From: Trichinella spiralis
Lineage: Eukaryota
Length of the DNA: 64,000 bases
NCBI RefSeq assembly: GCF_000181795.1
Contig: NW_003526940.1
Span: 318,660 to 382,659, forward strand
Reading direction: 5' to 3'
Shown one piece after another: positions 28,301 to 41,362 of the stretch (position 1 is its first letter; each line of letters starts with the position of its first letter). The translations under genes and the position numbers were made by a program. The notes below the pieces were generated by a model. The model was given only the letters and a program-made list of their open reading frames with translations, was not told the DNA's origin and ran no database searches.

Positions 28301-29956
28301 TAAGAGATAGATAAGAGATAAGAGAGCTCATATGAATAATGCAGCGCGGATAATTTTATGCTTTATGCGAAGTTATTGGAAATTGGAATAAAAATGAATT
28401 GGAATTTATTTTTATCGTTCATATTATTAACACGGACGACTGTTTCCATCAATGCTAAACTCGGTCATTTTCTTCTATTAATACTTTAATCAGATATCAA
28501 AATCAGTGAATACTGTAAAGTGTTTATTTTTACCGTTTGCTTCACAGTTGCTCGTAAGAGGAAAAAAATAATTTATTAGTATGTTGTATATCAACAAATT
28601 TACTCTAAAATATTTCGTTAAGTAATCATTTAAATGGCCAACGCTAAATATGCTTTAATAAATACATTGAAATGATAACATGAATTAAAGTGAACTATAG
28701 ACAGTGAAAATAAATACATTAATGAAACATAATTTTTAAAATGAGTGCGCTTGTTAATTTTTAAATATCATACATATGTGAAAATCAGTTTTTGCACAAT
28801 TATTAAAATGAATTGAAATTTTAATTTTTTTAACTTTAGAGCATTTCACAAACAAATTGCACTGCAATAGCTGTTTTTTCAGTAAAAAATGAATAAATTT
28901 ATTATCATAAAAGTTATCATTTGCGATAGAAATTTATTTCTAATTTATTTTATGATAGGGATATATAAACTGATATGCAAAAATCTATTAAAAATTTCAA
29001 ACCTCCGTATTGGTCTCAATAATATTTTGATCATTAAAATTGTTTATTTAAAATTACCAATTTTTTTGAATTTTCTAATAAAAAAAACAAAAGTATTCAT
29101 TTAAATATCACGAATAAAATTATAAAAATAAATTAATGAATAATAATTCATAGTTAAATGAAAATTAACGATAAAGATTCTATTGATTAAAAAATTGCTA
29201 CTTGTAGAAGTGCTAAAGGGCAAAGATTTCTCAGAATTAGTTTCATTTTAAAGCATTTCAACGATTTCTCAGAAATGTAAATTTAGTTTTATTCTTATAT
29301 AATGCTACATATATGAGCTATTACTCCTTTTACATAATGACGATATTACATTGAAGGAAATGATGACCATGTTATGAAACATTGATTGCAAAACAATTAT
29401 CAAATCTCAAATTAAGCTATTCTCTTGTTATTATGAAGGAGATGAAATAAAATTTAAAAAACAAACTTGCATAAAATACATGAAAAGTTTAAGAATAAAT
29501 TCATACTATATTTCTTCTAAAGGCAAAGCTGAAGCAAGCATCATTATTTCATTTGCTATTCATCGATAGAAAAAAAATGATAAAATATACTTTGTTCAAT
29601 ACAAATTTCATTCAATACCAGTATGAGTTACTCATTAATATAATAACGTTGCAATGTTTTTAGTTATTTTAGTTCAAAAGTGTTAAATTACAATAATTAA
29701 ATTTATATTTTCAAATTATAAGCTTAAAATTAACATGAATTAATAATTAGTATTGTTCATTTATTTATGAATTTGAATTAAATTTCATTTGCTAAATAAA
29801 TTTGCAAACAAAAAGTAACTAGATATATTTTTAACAATATTTTATTGTTATAAATTTGAGAAAAACAGAGAAGATACGATTTAAACAATGAATATAATTT
29901 TAAAATAAATCTTCATAAATTCACATTGCTGATTTCAGAACTTCTCTTACAAGGGT

Positions 29957-31609
29957 TTATTTATGACCGGAAACTGTAGCATTGACAGCATCAATAATGC
30001 GCTTTTCATCGATTTTGAAATCAAAAGCTGCCATTAACGCATCATCCATCATTTCCAATTTTAAATTAGTAATGTTTAGAAATGGAAGTGATATGACAAA
30101 TCCTTGCCTAAAAACACGCGCCAAAGTGGTTTGAATCAACTGTTTCGTGTAATCAAAAAATGAGCTGGCTTCCTGCACATCTGCTTTTATGTAATTTTCT
30201 TGTACTCGCATGTTCCACTGGTCAAAATTTACTGTTCCAGCCACATGATTTCGAGCTCTTGGTGCGTTGAGCTGAATTCGCATAATGAAATTACACTTTG
30301 CTATTAGTGCTTTCTTTGCAGGTGAACTGTCGTCAAGCTTAGCTGACAAAGTGGTCAAAAAGTCACCATAAAATCGGGCACCGTCTCGTCTAAATTGTAC
30401 CGCTGGCGGTTTGGAAAATTCCATATAGATTTCTGGATTTTGTTCAGGAAATGTACTGCTAAAGCTAGGCAATAAATCCGTGATACAGACTGATTTAGCA
30501 CATTCAGTTTCAAAAAAATAACTCAACCAAGGTACTTGTTTTTTGTTAAATGTAAGTCGAAAAGTTCCTATTTCATACAAAGAGTATAACAATGAATTGA
30601 GAACATAATCGGATATGTACACGTTTACCATATAATTTCCATCGCGGACTCCTTGAGGAAGTGGAGTTGGATGGAATGGAATGTTGCAGCGTTGACGATG
30701 ACAAACTTTTCCAAGCAAAGGTATTGAAAAAGTTTGACTTGCAGTAGCTTGAATTGGGCCAGTCAAGCTGGGCTTGAAAATTAACGCTCGTCCAAGAACG
30801 TAAAATCGTTTCTGATCTCTTAGCGGTAACAATTTGAATAATCTTTTCATTGATGAAATTGGCACAAGACCATGGCTATGAGGGTCGAGTAAAAATTGTT
30901 CTCCAAATGGCTTTTTTATATAGCCATTCATGTCAGATATCATTTTTCCAATAATGCTACACTGTTTCTGATTTATCTGCGTTTTTATTGCCCGTTCAAT
31001 ACGAAATGGTCTTATTACAATTACATCTTTATCATTCGTATTGTAATGTATATGCACTAAATTGGTTCTAGCTTGACAATGTGTCATCTCAACATGAAGA
31101 GATCCATTTGAATCCGGCTGCATGGTAAACACAAATTCACCGTTAACATTTTTAAGCTCAGTTTTAGCCACACCGTCACGTTTTGGTCCTCGGATATTGG
31201 TGCTGAGATGTATTTCCAAATTTTTCATTTCCACAGCAAGACCATTTGGCTCAACTGGCTGAATGTATACATTTCCTTCTTTTCCAAACTTTTCCACTTT
31301 ACCATCTAAAATTTCACCAGAAAACGGACCCATGTTCATATCCGGCTGCGGTGGAATGGTAAAAAATGGCACTATTGCTCGAAAAACACTGTTCGTTGAC
31401 ATGCTCAACTGTTGAAAACCTTTTGGAGTGATCACCGCCACCAAACCTGGCAAGCCAGCTTTGCCACGTTTAACAAAATCATAAACATCCGTTTTATAAG
31501 CATAATTTAAATAGCCAGCTTTGTTTAAAGGTCGGAGGCTTTTTGCAGCAAAACTGATACTGCTCATGCAAGCTAACAATAACAGTAGCATTATTGGATG
31601 AAGCTGCAT
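29957..31609 (-). CDS. Secreted BPI/LBP/CETP-family lipid-binding protein, single exon, paralog of 23709-25352
   Basis: Likely start MQLHPIMLLLLLACMSSISFA at ATG 31609; the ORF track extends it to a non-ATG codon at 31675. Motifs LPGLVAVITPKGF, HCQART..KQCSII, MVNVYISDYVLNSLLY and PWLSYFFETECAKSVCITDLLP align with the paralog. Confidence 0.8.
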   Translation of the reverse strand: MQLHPIMLLLLLACMSSISFAAKSLRPLNKAGYLNYAYKTDVYDFVKRGKAGLPGLVAVITPKGFQQLSMSTNSVFRAIVPFFTIPPQPDMNMGPFSGEILDGKVEKFGKEGNVYIQPVEPNGLAVEMKNLEIHLSTNIRGPKRDGVAKTELKNVNGEFVFTMQPDSNGSLHVEMTHCQARTNLVHIHYNTNDKDVIVIRPFRIERAIKTQINQKQCSIIGKMISDMNGYIKKPFGEQFLLDPHSHGLVPISSMKRLFKLLPLRDQKRFYVLGRALIFKPSLTGPIQATASQTFSIPLLGKVCHRQRCNIPFHPTPLPQGVRDGNYMVNVYISDYVLNSLLYSLYEIGTFRLTFNKKQVPWLSYFFETECAKSVCITDLLPSFSSTFPEQNPEIYMEFSKPPAVQFRRDGARFYGDFLTTLSAKLDDSSPAKKALIAKCNFIMRIQLNAPRARNHVAGTVNFDQWNMRVQENYIKADVQEASSFFDYTKQLIQTTLARVFRQGFVISLPFLNITNLKLEMMDDALMAAFDFKIDEKRIIDAVNATVSGHK

Positions 31610-34076
31610 CGTTAACAACCTTGCAAATGAAAAATACCAAAACCAAGTAGAAATTTCCAAGTGCAAACTAGACAATTTGTTATCAATTTAGGACGACAAA
31701 AGAGCGATGTACGAGAAAAAGCAATGCGCAATGTCGAACGAACTATATTAGACAAGATTCAGTTGCATAGTTCACATAATAAATCAGGTCAACATTTGGA
31801 AGTTTATTGCAAAATTATATTTATTTTATTTAATACACAAGTTTAATGCTAACTTGCATAACTTCAATGTAATTATCATAATAATAACTTATTGCTATGC
31901 GTGAATCACGCATGTTAGAGTATTTCTACATTCAATATTTTACATCTTAATAACTGGAGAAATACTACCATTTAGTATTATTTTTGAAATAAAATACGAA
32001 AGACTGTGAAGATTTTGAATGTGATAAGACACATGCTATGAAGAACAACTTTTTTCTAAAAATTTTCAGAAAAGTGGAAAAGAGAATAATGCACGTAATG
32101 CAGACAGTTGCATGACCTGAAAATTGTCAACATGTTAAATGTTAGCAATTAACAAAATTCAGTTTTTTAATGATTGTGATAGAGTTATTTTACTAAAAGT
32201 GCTTTTTAATGACAAAAAATAAAATTATAAAGCAGGTAACTTATTTGTAAATTTATGAATTTTGAATGATGGCACTCTCTGTAAGAAATGTATTGAAAGT
32301 ATTAGACGTTGTCATCATTTAAACTTAGCATTTTATTTAAAATTAAAAATATAATTTTTTATTTACACTTAAATTGCTGCAGATTAATTTAAATTACTGT
32401 TAAATTAGAAAGTTCAATGTTTACCTATCTCACAACAAATATATTTTGAAATTATTTGTTAATTCTGAAAAACCATCAGTGTGAATAAATGAATTTTATA
32501 TTTAGTTGTCCAACTTACTAATTTAAAATAAGTAATGTATCATTAAAAAATTTTTCCTATTTTACATTTATTATAAATTAAATTTTTACCTGAAATACTT
32601 TGATTTTGCTTCCTAATTTTTAAGCAATTATTTTTGGTCATTTATAAAATTAAAAAAACCTTAAATTAAAGAATGAGTCACGCTTAATTTAATTTAATTT
32701 AATTTTATTTTATTTTATTTTATATTTTAAGTGAATTTTCAAAACTTTGAGCTATTAAAATATGTTGCATTTTGAAATTTGCTTTTTAAATTAATATTCG
32801 TAATGAATTGTTATATGGTAAGTAGGTTTCACTGTATGCGTTGTCATTTTGATGAAAATGGACTTTTAGAATTTTAACTAGAGCAGTTTGTGGAAACCCA
32901 GTTTATCTGTTGCACATTCAAATTATATATTTACATAAATATAATTAACAGTATTTATATGAATATATATATATATAGCTGAGAATTTAAATAGAAATCA
33001 AAAGCAAAAGAGTTAAATCTGTTTTTTCATAATATTTATGTTATGTATAATTAGTCTGACAACGTTTTAAGATTATGAAATTCATTAGATTGCTAATTTT
33101 GCATTTCAAAGAATTTTACAGTAATTCCTTTGAATGAAAAATTTTCTAAAAATTGGCTAGTTAAGTATACTTCGTGTAATTAACATTGAGTTATGCTGTA
33201 TTTATGCTCAGTAAATATGCAATGCGCATTGTTTATTAAAATGCTTTGTCTGTAAAAATAAATGGTACGCAGAGCATGTAATTTTCTAAATCTTTATGAA
33301 CAGTTTCTGAATAGCATTAGGATTCGCTGGCAGTGATTCAACTTTAGCTCACACATTCATTGGTTTAATTTTATCCGTTCTTTTTACTGATTTGTTGAAA
33401 TAATAATTTTTTGTATCAGATAATTCACTTACCTGAAAATGTTTTATACTGCCATATGTTGATCATAACTTTTCTGATAAATAATTTATGCCTGCGTGTA
33501 ATGTCTTAACATTAACATTTGTTTGCAATTTTAATATCAGTTTTTAAAGTCACAATTTACATTTTGTTATCTAATTGAATTTTTTATGATTCAACATCCT
33601 GAACGAAACGGAATTGTATATCTAGGAGAATGAGACACAGTTATGTGCATATCACATATTAATACAACATAATACTATACAAAAAAGACAAACAACACAG
33701 AAAGAAAAATAAGATGAAGCAGTGTAATACTGCTGCACAATATATAACAAAACATAATATTAAAGATATAGCCACCTACTGTTATATTTTTAATAATTTA
33801 ATATTGAAAGCTGCACAACTAGAGACTGCCTTGCTCCCTGCAGTTAAGAGGTTTCTCCTAAGTATTTACATGATGGGTTTGAAAACACCTATCAAGTAGT
33901 GACTACTATAAGCGTGAGCAAAAAATTAAATCAGACGAATGTTAAATAAATATATATAGTTGCTGTAAATTAAACAAAATGTGATTTATTTATCAAATTT
34001 ATGGGGTTTATTTGTTTGAATGGGTTCTAATTTTAAGTAAACTTGTTAATCAATCTCACGTATTTATCCAACATCA

Positions 34077-35984
34077 ATGAATGCTAAGATGTTGCTTGGT
34101 AAAAATTATTTGATGATTTACATCAGATGGATTTTATTTTTGTGCATTTATTTTCCGAGTCGTTCATTAGCAACATCAAAATGTCAAAATGCAGCAGGAA
34201 CTAATGCAGGAGACTGGTATGAGGTTGCTTTTAATTATTTTTGTATAAAAAGCATTTGTTAAAGTTTATATTTTCCTGGGTCTGTGAGTAAGATGTGGAA
34301 TACTCTTTCTGAAAGACATGAAAGTACTTTATGCCTATACATCTAACAAAATGATCTGTTCATTTCTTTAAAATTTTTTCAGGGCCATTTTATATAAAGC
34401 TCCTGCACAAGCGAACGGAAAGATATTACTTCCTGGTGCGAACTGGGCAAATAACGCAGCACTTGTTACCGCAAATGGTGGTCATTCATTTGCTAAAGCT
34501 CTTGAGCATGTTGTCGCGTCAGGTGGAAATAACAAATTTATTGCATATAACAATGCTCCACCGGATATTTCAAAAGTTAAAACGAAATCAAACAGTAAAG
34601 GTAAGAAGAACTACAATTATAACATAAAGCAGCGTTTTGCATAGCACGTGTAATATTTAGGTGTATTAATGATGGATACAAGTAATAATGATGCTGCATC
34701 ATGGATTGTTCATACAGTACCAGGATTTCCAAAAGCACTAAGAGGATACTTATTTCCTCCTGCAGAAGTTCAGAAAGGCCATCTATTGATTTGTTTAACA
34801 ATTACGGAAGGCCAAATTGATACAATTGGTAAATATTGAAATATATGATAAATTACTTAATAAAATATGTAAAAATTATGTGTCTTTTATAATTTTTAAA
34901 GAAACAAATATTTATGAACAATAGTTCTATCAAATATTATGCAAATAATTTTTAGCTCTGACATTGAGAATTGCAACTCCGTTGATATACCACAGTGATA
35001 TACCAGATACTGAAATCGATTCTCGACCAAATCTTAAAAAACTGATTAATGGTGAATCAAGAATTCTGCCACCTTTAACAGTAACACGGGAAATTTCAAC
35101 TGCAGGCCCCGGAGGATTGAAAATTACAATTTACAGCAAGAATGAAAAATCAAAATATGGTAAATTTTTATTTCCTTTAATTCAATCATTCAGCTGCTTA
35201 AAATATTAAGTCCAAATTTTAAGTTTACTTAAAAAAGACAAATTAATAACAGCAAACTGAATTTTCAAAATGCAGTACGGTGAAAAATTGTTGGATAAAA
35301 CTTTGAAACATAATATTTATCAAAATTATAATATCAAAGTTCACAGATCAAATAAAAGCATTTTGCGTTGTACTCTGGGAAATCTTATAAATCTGTTTCT
35401 GACATTAACCCTTGAGTGGTGGCGCACTTGATCAGAACGTTATTAGTGGCGTGGGGTTCAGTGGGCCCCTCTACTGTTAACAAAAGTGATTTTAGAAATA
35501 AATTTTGCAAATAAATAAATCAAAATATAAATGCATGAATTTAAAATTTTACATTTATAAAATACATCTGTTGTTCATTTTTAAAATGCTAAAAAGACTT
35601 TTTCAGAGATTTACCGGAGAATACTGATCAAAAAGTTGAAGTCTACAATTAAAGTTTGGACAGCAAGAGATAAGAAATTAAAAAGTGATTGTAGAATCTC
35701 TGGGAAAAATATAAGATTAGTAACAAGTCCTATATCTGTAAATGGTGATCAAAGTACACTTGAAAATGATGTTTCTCAATGGTTAGTCACTGAAGTAGGA
35801 AATAAATTTTGTGCCGTTGACAAACCATATCAGGTAAGGTTATATTCACAAAAAAGCAGTTGTTTGAAAAAACATTATTTAGAAAAGTCAAACGAAAGAA
35901 TCTTCAATGGCAGTATGCATAGAAGATGTCACCATTTCAACTCGTTTTAATGAAATTGCGCTGAATTTGGAAAACTGCACTTGA
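34077..35984 (+). CDS. DNase II-like (plancitoxin-1-like) secreted protein, 6 exons: 34077-34216, 34383-34600, 34661-34828, 34956-35159, 35607-35833, 35883-35984
   Basis: The spliced frame is open throughout: signal peptide, KCQN..DWAILYKAP, FIAYNNAPP..SNSKGVLM, WIVHTVPGFP, GHLLICLT, NDVSQW, FCAVDKPYQKSQ..MAVC, LENCT*. All introns are GT-AG with compatible phases. Confidence 0.88.
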
Positions 35985-36409
35985 AATATCTATAAAGCTC
36001 ACTGGAATAACTATCTTATTTTTGTATATTTATTTTGTAATATAACTCTTTTAACAACCTGAAAATTTCAGAATATGAAATTTATAGAGATTTTATACAC
36101 TTCAGCAAAAAATAATTTAAGAAATTTTATATGTATAAATGATTTTGAAGTAAACTAGGAATTAAATTTTTTTGATATCACTGTTCTATAGCTTGCCATG
36201 ACAAATCAACAATGCATAATGCAATAAATAAACTTTTCAGATTATATGTGGATCAGTTTGGCTGTTTCAGGAAGTTCATTCAGTTTGCTACATTTTTGGA
36301 GAAAATTTTTATCGCGCTTTCTTATTAGTTACAAAAGTCGTTTTTTCATTGAATTTTTTGGCGTAGTCAGTTGGTTTTTGTTATTTAATTGTTCACCGAT
36401 TCACTTTTC

Positions 36410-36760
36410 TTGGTTTTAATTAGCTGCTATATTTTTTATTTCATTGGTACAAATATTTTCATTTACGATGACGTAATGTTACTGTAGTAGTGACGTACTT
36501 CAGTAATGTAACTTTTTATTATTTCCATATTTTAGTAAATTTATTTTTATCAACATCTATGAAGTTTTCTGATTCATTGAAGTTTTGCTTTTTAATATAT
36601 TATTTGATTTGAAGTTCACACTTTTTAGTGATCAGTATATTCAAAAACAATATTTATCATTATTCTGTATTTTATTGTATTACAATGAAGTTATATCAAA
36701 TGTGACAGTAATAACGCAGCAAGAACAACACAAAATATAATAAGTGCAATAGTGATCTTA
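36410..36760 (-). repeat. Diverged inverted partial copy of the 2600-3386 repeat
   Basis: The reverse complement matches about 2895-3225 (catttgatataac, tacaataaaat..agaataatgataaa, ccaatgaaataaaaaa..cagctaat) with many substitutions. Confidence 0.7.
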
Positions 36761-37399
36761 CAACTTCCTTACAGCCTTATTTATACCAAAATAAACTAAT
36801 TGTTAATAACAAAAAATACGTGCTGTGCATTCAGCAAACTCTTTTCTACATCCTCAGCATTTTTTCTGTTTATCGGTATTTTTTTAGTTTTATCCCTTTC
36901 CTTCATAAATTAAATCGTTGTCTGATCCAGGCAGTGAACCCCTGCTAGTGCGCAATTACTGTGCACCCGGAATAATGGGAACAAAAGCCTGGGCGGAAAA
37001 TAAAAGATCAATCCATGTTCTATACCTGCTGACGGGGATAATTAGCAATGATTATATCGCAGCAGAGCAGATATAAAGCGGATAACGGGCACCAGTTTGG
37101 CGAAAGCATTAACAAAAAGTAAATTTTGCTTGGTGTTCCGTTGAAATCATTTTTGTTGGCGTTTATCATTGAGAAAAAGTTAAAATGTCGCGTAAAGTGC
37201 ATGGATATGAAAGTAACAATTCAGAATTTTAAATGTAATATTATACATAAGAATATCCTATCATATTGTAAACTCATTATGAATTAATTCTCACCTCTAT
37301 AATGAGCGTCTAACATAAAGTTACACATAACATAAAGTGTTCCGGGAAATGATTAATCATTAATCATTTCAAATGGACATTTCTAAAATTTCTCAAATT

Positions 37400-37564
37400 C
37401 AGAATTTTCAGCGTGCGGAAAAATGGGGTTCCGCAAAATATTGTCAAATTGTGTGAAAAAAGTGTTGAAAAAGAAAAAAAGATTTGAAAAATAATGCAGG
37501 AGCTCCGTGAGACAAAAAAAATACATTTAGGGTTCTGCGAGGATGAAATTGTTGAGAAACGCCT
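37400..37564. mobile_element. Possible hAT-like DNA transposon terminus
   Basis: Ends in gttgagaaacgcct (reverse complement AGGCGTTTCTCAAC, resembling hAT/Buster TIRs) with repeated gggttc(c/t)gc subterminal motifs. Partly duplicated at 43724-43850. No transposase was seen. Confidence 0.3.
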
Positions 37565-38292
37565 TATTAATACATATGAAATATTTGAAGTTAACATTCT
37601 TATCTACATGACATGGTATTTCATCAATCAGCCAGTTTCGCATTGCTTTGCTACATTCCTGAATCATTTAGCAAAATATTGCAAAAGCGGTTTTTGTTTA
37701 TAACAGGATAGAGTTTACGAATTGAAATATATGCATAAATCAGAGACGTGCTAATTGTTCTGAAAATAAATTACTGATGTATTGATATTAATAATAAACT
37801 CAGATTTCACGTGACTTCACATAATTTTACATGATCTCGGTTTAAACAATGTTATATGAGCAATTAATCACAGTAACGGACACATGCGCATAAAAGAAAA
37901 GCTGAAAAAGCAAAATATAAAAATAAAAAACTATATTAAATATAATAAACTACATTTTCATTCAATTGTGTTGAGTAAACAACAGACTGTCAAACAAAAA
38001 CAACAGAAAACCTAAAAACAGCTAAAAATTTTTTTATTAAAATAGAAGTCATGAATGTATTGGTATCTTACCCAACAAAATATATACATAATAAACAGTA
38101 ATACTGTATATAAGTAGATGCGCGCTGTACTATTCTGTAGAATAAAAAAGTAAAAAAAATAAATCACGTTTTTAGAGCTATTTATTTTAGAATGAATTAT
38201 AATAAAAAATATTTTATATTTAAGTTTTTAAAAAAGCAGTGTTTTTTGCATTTATTAAATCAAAATTTATTAAATTTCTTAAGTCTTAAAAT
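37440..38292 (+). repeat. Direct duplication, copy A (853 bp), which holds the empty Gypsy target site cata at 37573-37576
   Basis: Co-linear with 43724-43862 joined to 47515-48203. The copies differ by scattered SNPs and an ~30-bp indel near 37960-37990. Confidence 0.95.
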
Positions 38293-39225
38293 TGTTCCGA
38301 ACGGAACAACACCGACCCAGTCGGTGTGACCTGGCCAAGGGCTGGTGCCCAGAAGTCGCGGGTAGGCCAAGAACAATACCCGCGCATCGCCGGCCAGATC
38401 GCTATCTGGGCGTCTGGAGGCTCTGAGTCGGGGTCAGAGAGGCCCCCTGCTGCGCCCCGATCTATCGTCGTTCGCGAGACAATGGCGAGTGCGCCATAGC
38501 GGCGATGGCAGTGAGATCATAGGGCATGGAAATGGTCATTATGACGTGACCATTAAGGGATTAGCGCAAGATCATAAGATCTGAACCATAACAACATAAT
38601 TGAAGACCGACAAGGCTTTAGATCGGCGCCGGAGATAGGGAGCGTTCCCGCGGTGAGCGAGCTGCCTATTGGTGGTTCGCGTTGGGTCGACTGCGGGACC
38701 GCCGACCCTGGCCCTATATACAGGGATAGAAAGTGCGCCGCGCGATATAAGCGTCAGTTGGACGATTGTTGTACGAGAGGACGAATTGGTTGCGAGAAGT
38801 TGGCTTAGAATACGTGGTATGCAGTACTGGTTGTCAGTATTGCCGGTATTCCGAAGAGACGAGTTGGGAAGTCTGGACGAACCGAGTCGAAGTGCAACCG
38901 AAGGACGATCGAGCGAGGGACTCGTACGTATCGTATTGAAAGGCATTCGAATTACTGTTAGGGACAACGGTAGTAGCTCGGGTATTCGTACACTTCGAGC
39001 GTTTAGTCGCAACGTATAGTGTCAGTGGAGTCAGGGAACCGGAAGACGTCCGTGAAGGAGACCATCATCGACAAGAGTTTTGGAGACCCTAAATGCAGTC
39101 CACGCCGTGGAAGATACACCTGATCCACCCTAATTATACAGTCCACTTACGTTTGGCCGGACGAACGAACGTCTGGTCAATTTGTACCTGAAAGTTAGAT
39201 TACTGTTGCGATTCTGACTCTAACA
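38293..39225 (+). repeat. BEL/Pao 5' LTR (933 bp)
   Basis: Starts TGTT exactly where the duplicated flank ends and ends AACA just before the PBS. TATA-like ccctatata at about 38712 and tcagtt at 38754. Confidence 0.85.
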
Positions 39226-39226
39226 T

Positions 39227-39244
39227 TGGTCCTCCGAGTCGGAT
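39227..39244 (+). promoter_or_regulatory. Primer-binding site (tRNA-Tyr-like)
   Basis: tggtcctccgagtcggat, 1 nt after the LTR end, matches the BEL-type TGGTCCTTCGAGCCGG pattern. An inverted copy lies at 43178-43195. Confidence 0.8.
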
Positions 39245-39280
39245 CAATCGAAAACCAGCGATCTATAGATAGTAAATACC

Positions 39281-41362
39281 ATGGCATCATCTGCGAAATC
39301 ACGGAGCAAGAAACCCGTGGCCCTCAAGGATCGGCTGAACCGATTGTTGGCAGAACTGGATGAGTTGTGCATCACATCCGCCGATGTCTTTGAGGTGGAG
39401 GAGCAGGTCTTCTTAATGGAGGAGTCGTTCCGGGCCGCAGACGCACTCCAAACAGAAGTGGAGCTGGATCTGGAAGGCGAAGAGCGGCAAGCCGCGATAG
39501 ATGACTGGGCGTTATGTCGCCAGAACTACCGTGAGGGAAAGACTCGAGCACGCGCAAGGATGGTTGAGGCGCGCGGAGAAGGTCCCATCGGTAGCTGCAA
39601 TGTTAGCGCGGGCATGCCTGCGGTCCGGTCCAGCAATGGGAGGTTGCCGGAGGTGACTCTCCATAAGTTTACGGGGAAGGCGTTGGAATTCCCTTCCTTT
39701 TGGGCCCAGTTCGAGGCAAATGTGCACAAACGGAGTGACCTGGACAACGCCACCAAATTCACCTACTTGTTGTCCAACACAGAAGGGACGGCGCGGAATG
39801 CCATTGAAGGAATCCCTCTCACTCCAGAGAACTACACCCAGGCCGTCGACATCTTGAAGAAGCGTTTTGGTCGGCCGAGACAGGTGATACGCAAGCATTT
39901 GGCGGCCCTATGGAGGGAGCCAGTGTGTCGCGAGATGACGACGAGGGGCATCCAGTCACTGGTGGATGAAGTGACGAAACACCTGCGTTGTCTCACTGCT
40001 CTGGACAGAAATCCGTTTGTTGGCCATCTCCCCGCAAGCGAGGTCTTGATGCCCATGTTGCTGGACAAGTTTCCCCCTGCATTGGTAAAGGCCTGGGACA
40101 CAAACATCGGGCCGGATGCTGCCGAGGACGAAGACAACTTACAGAAGTTTCTGGAGTTCGCCCAGTGGCAGGCGAATCTGCTCGCCAAGTCAAAGGGAGA
40201 AGACGCGAAACCACCTGCAGCGAAGTCAGAGCAACGGACGCCCTCGTCGAAACCGTCGCGTCCTGAATTGACGTATGGGGATCGCATCCGGTCTACAGCG
40301 GCCGCGTTGGCGGTGGTCGCCACTAGAAGCTGCCTGTTCTGTAGCGGGGAGCACAAGGAAAAGGAATGCGAGAAGTTCCTACAGGCGGATCTGTCCAGGA
40401 GGAGAGACATGGTGCGAGCTAAGAATGTCTGCTTCAACTGTTTATCAACCGGTCATCGGGCGAGAGAATGTCCAAAGGAGCGCCGCTGTGGTGTGGACGG
40501 ATGTCGCCAGGCGCATCATCGGCTCCTTCATCCGCCCTCGACGAGGGAATCGACACGGTCTTCAGAGTCTGACCGCACCCACCAGGGTCTTTTGGTCGTG
40601 CGAAGCACCTCTGGGAAAGGACTCCAGACCGCCCGTGCTTGCGCTTATGGGCGAAACGGAAACTATGTGATGGTGAATTGCTTGCTTGACACGAGGGCCG
40701 CAGTCTCCTTCATCCGGAAGGACGTGGCGAAAGCCCTCGGGCTCAACGGGTCCCATGAGTGTTGTCGCTTCACGACATTGGGAGGTCGTGTGCGGCCTGA
40801 GTGCCGATGGCGCAGAGTGGAATTCCGGCTTGGAGCAGTGGGAGGCTCAAGCTGACCGGACGCAAGCACCATGGTGAAGGCGCTTGCAATTCCTCGGGTA
40901 TGTGGCGAGGTCCAAGCATGGCCGGCGGAGTCCTCAGACGGGGCACCGTCAAGGACCGTACCCGAGGGGGGACAGCGGCAAGGAACGTCGCTCATCGTCG
41001 ATGTACTGGTCGGCATCGACTACTATTACGAGCTCGTGACCGGTCGCATTCGAAGAGCGACCGGTGGGTCAGTAGCCGTGGAGACCCGCCTTGGGTGGAT
41101 CACGTGCGGGAGAGCCGCCCGAAGACGGAGCTCGAAGGATCGTATGGAAATCTCCGTGTTGGGAAGGTCAGAGGCTGCGTGGAACGGGAGCGTCGACTAT
41201 GGAGAGTTGACGTCCGGTGGGGGGGGGGCGTTGGCAGTTTGGGCCAGCCGGTGGCAAGTCGCCGCATGGGAGCGTTTGCCATCCAGCGGATCCGCGAGAA
41301 GATCCGACAGGGGGAGATGGACATATCGGACAAGTCGCATAAGGCGGCTGTCACCAAGATGA
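39281..41362 (+). pseudogene. BEL/Pao gag-protease ORF, interrupted
   Basis: The 524-aa ORF 39281-40855 has an in-frame TGA at 40853 and continues in the same frame at 40871-41362. The protease motif reads DTRA instead of DTGA. Confidence 0.85.

Noticed and set aside
32685..32730. (AATTT/ATTTT)n run, and similar (AAT)n at 5380-5400 and (TTTTA)n at about 10440
   Set aside because: Ordinary microsatellites in AT-rich DNA.
35405..35480. TTAA-CCCTT start and a later TTAA inside DNase II intron 4, like a tiny piggyBac-type insert
   Set aside because: No matching inverted terminus, and too short to support.
38572..39019. ORFs on both strands of the BEL LTR, recurring at about 41940-42430 and 43403-43724
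   Set aside because: Recurrence is explained by near-identical LTR copies. The sequence is GC-rich, most starts are non-ATG and no motif is recognisable.
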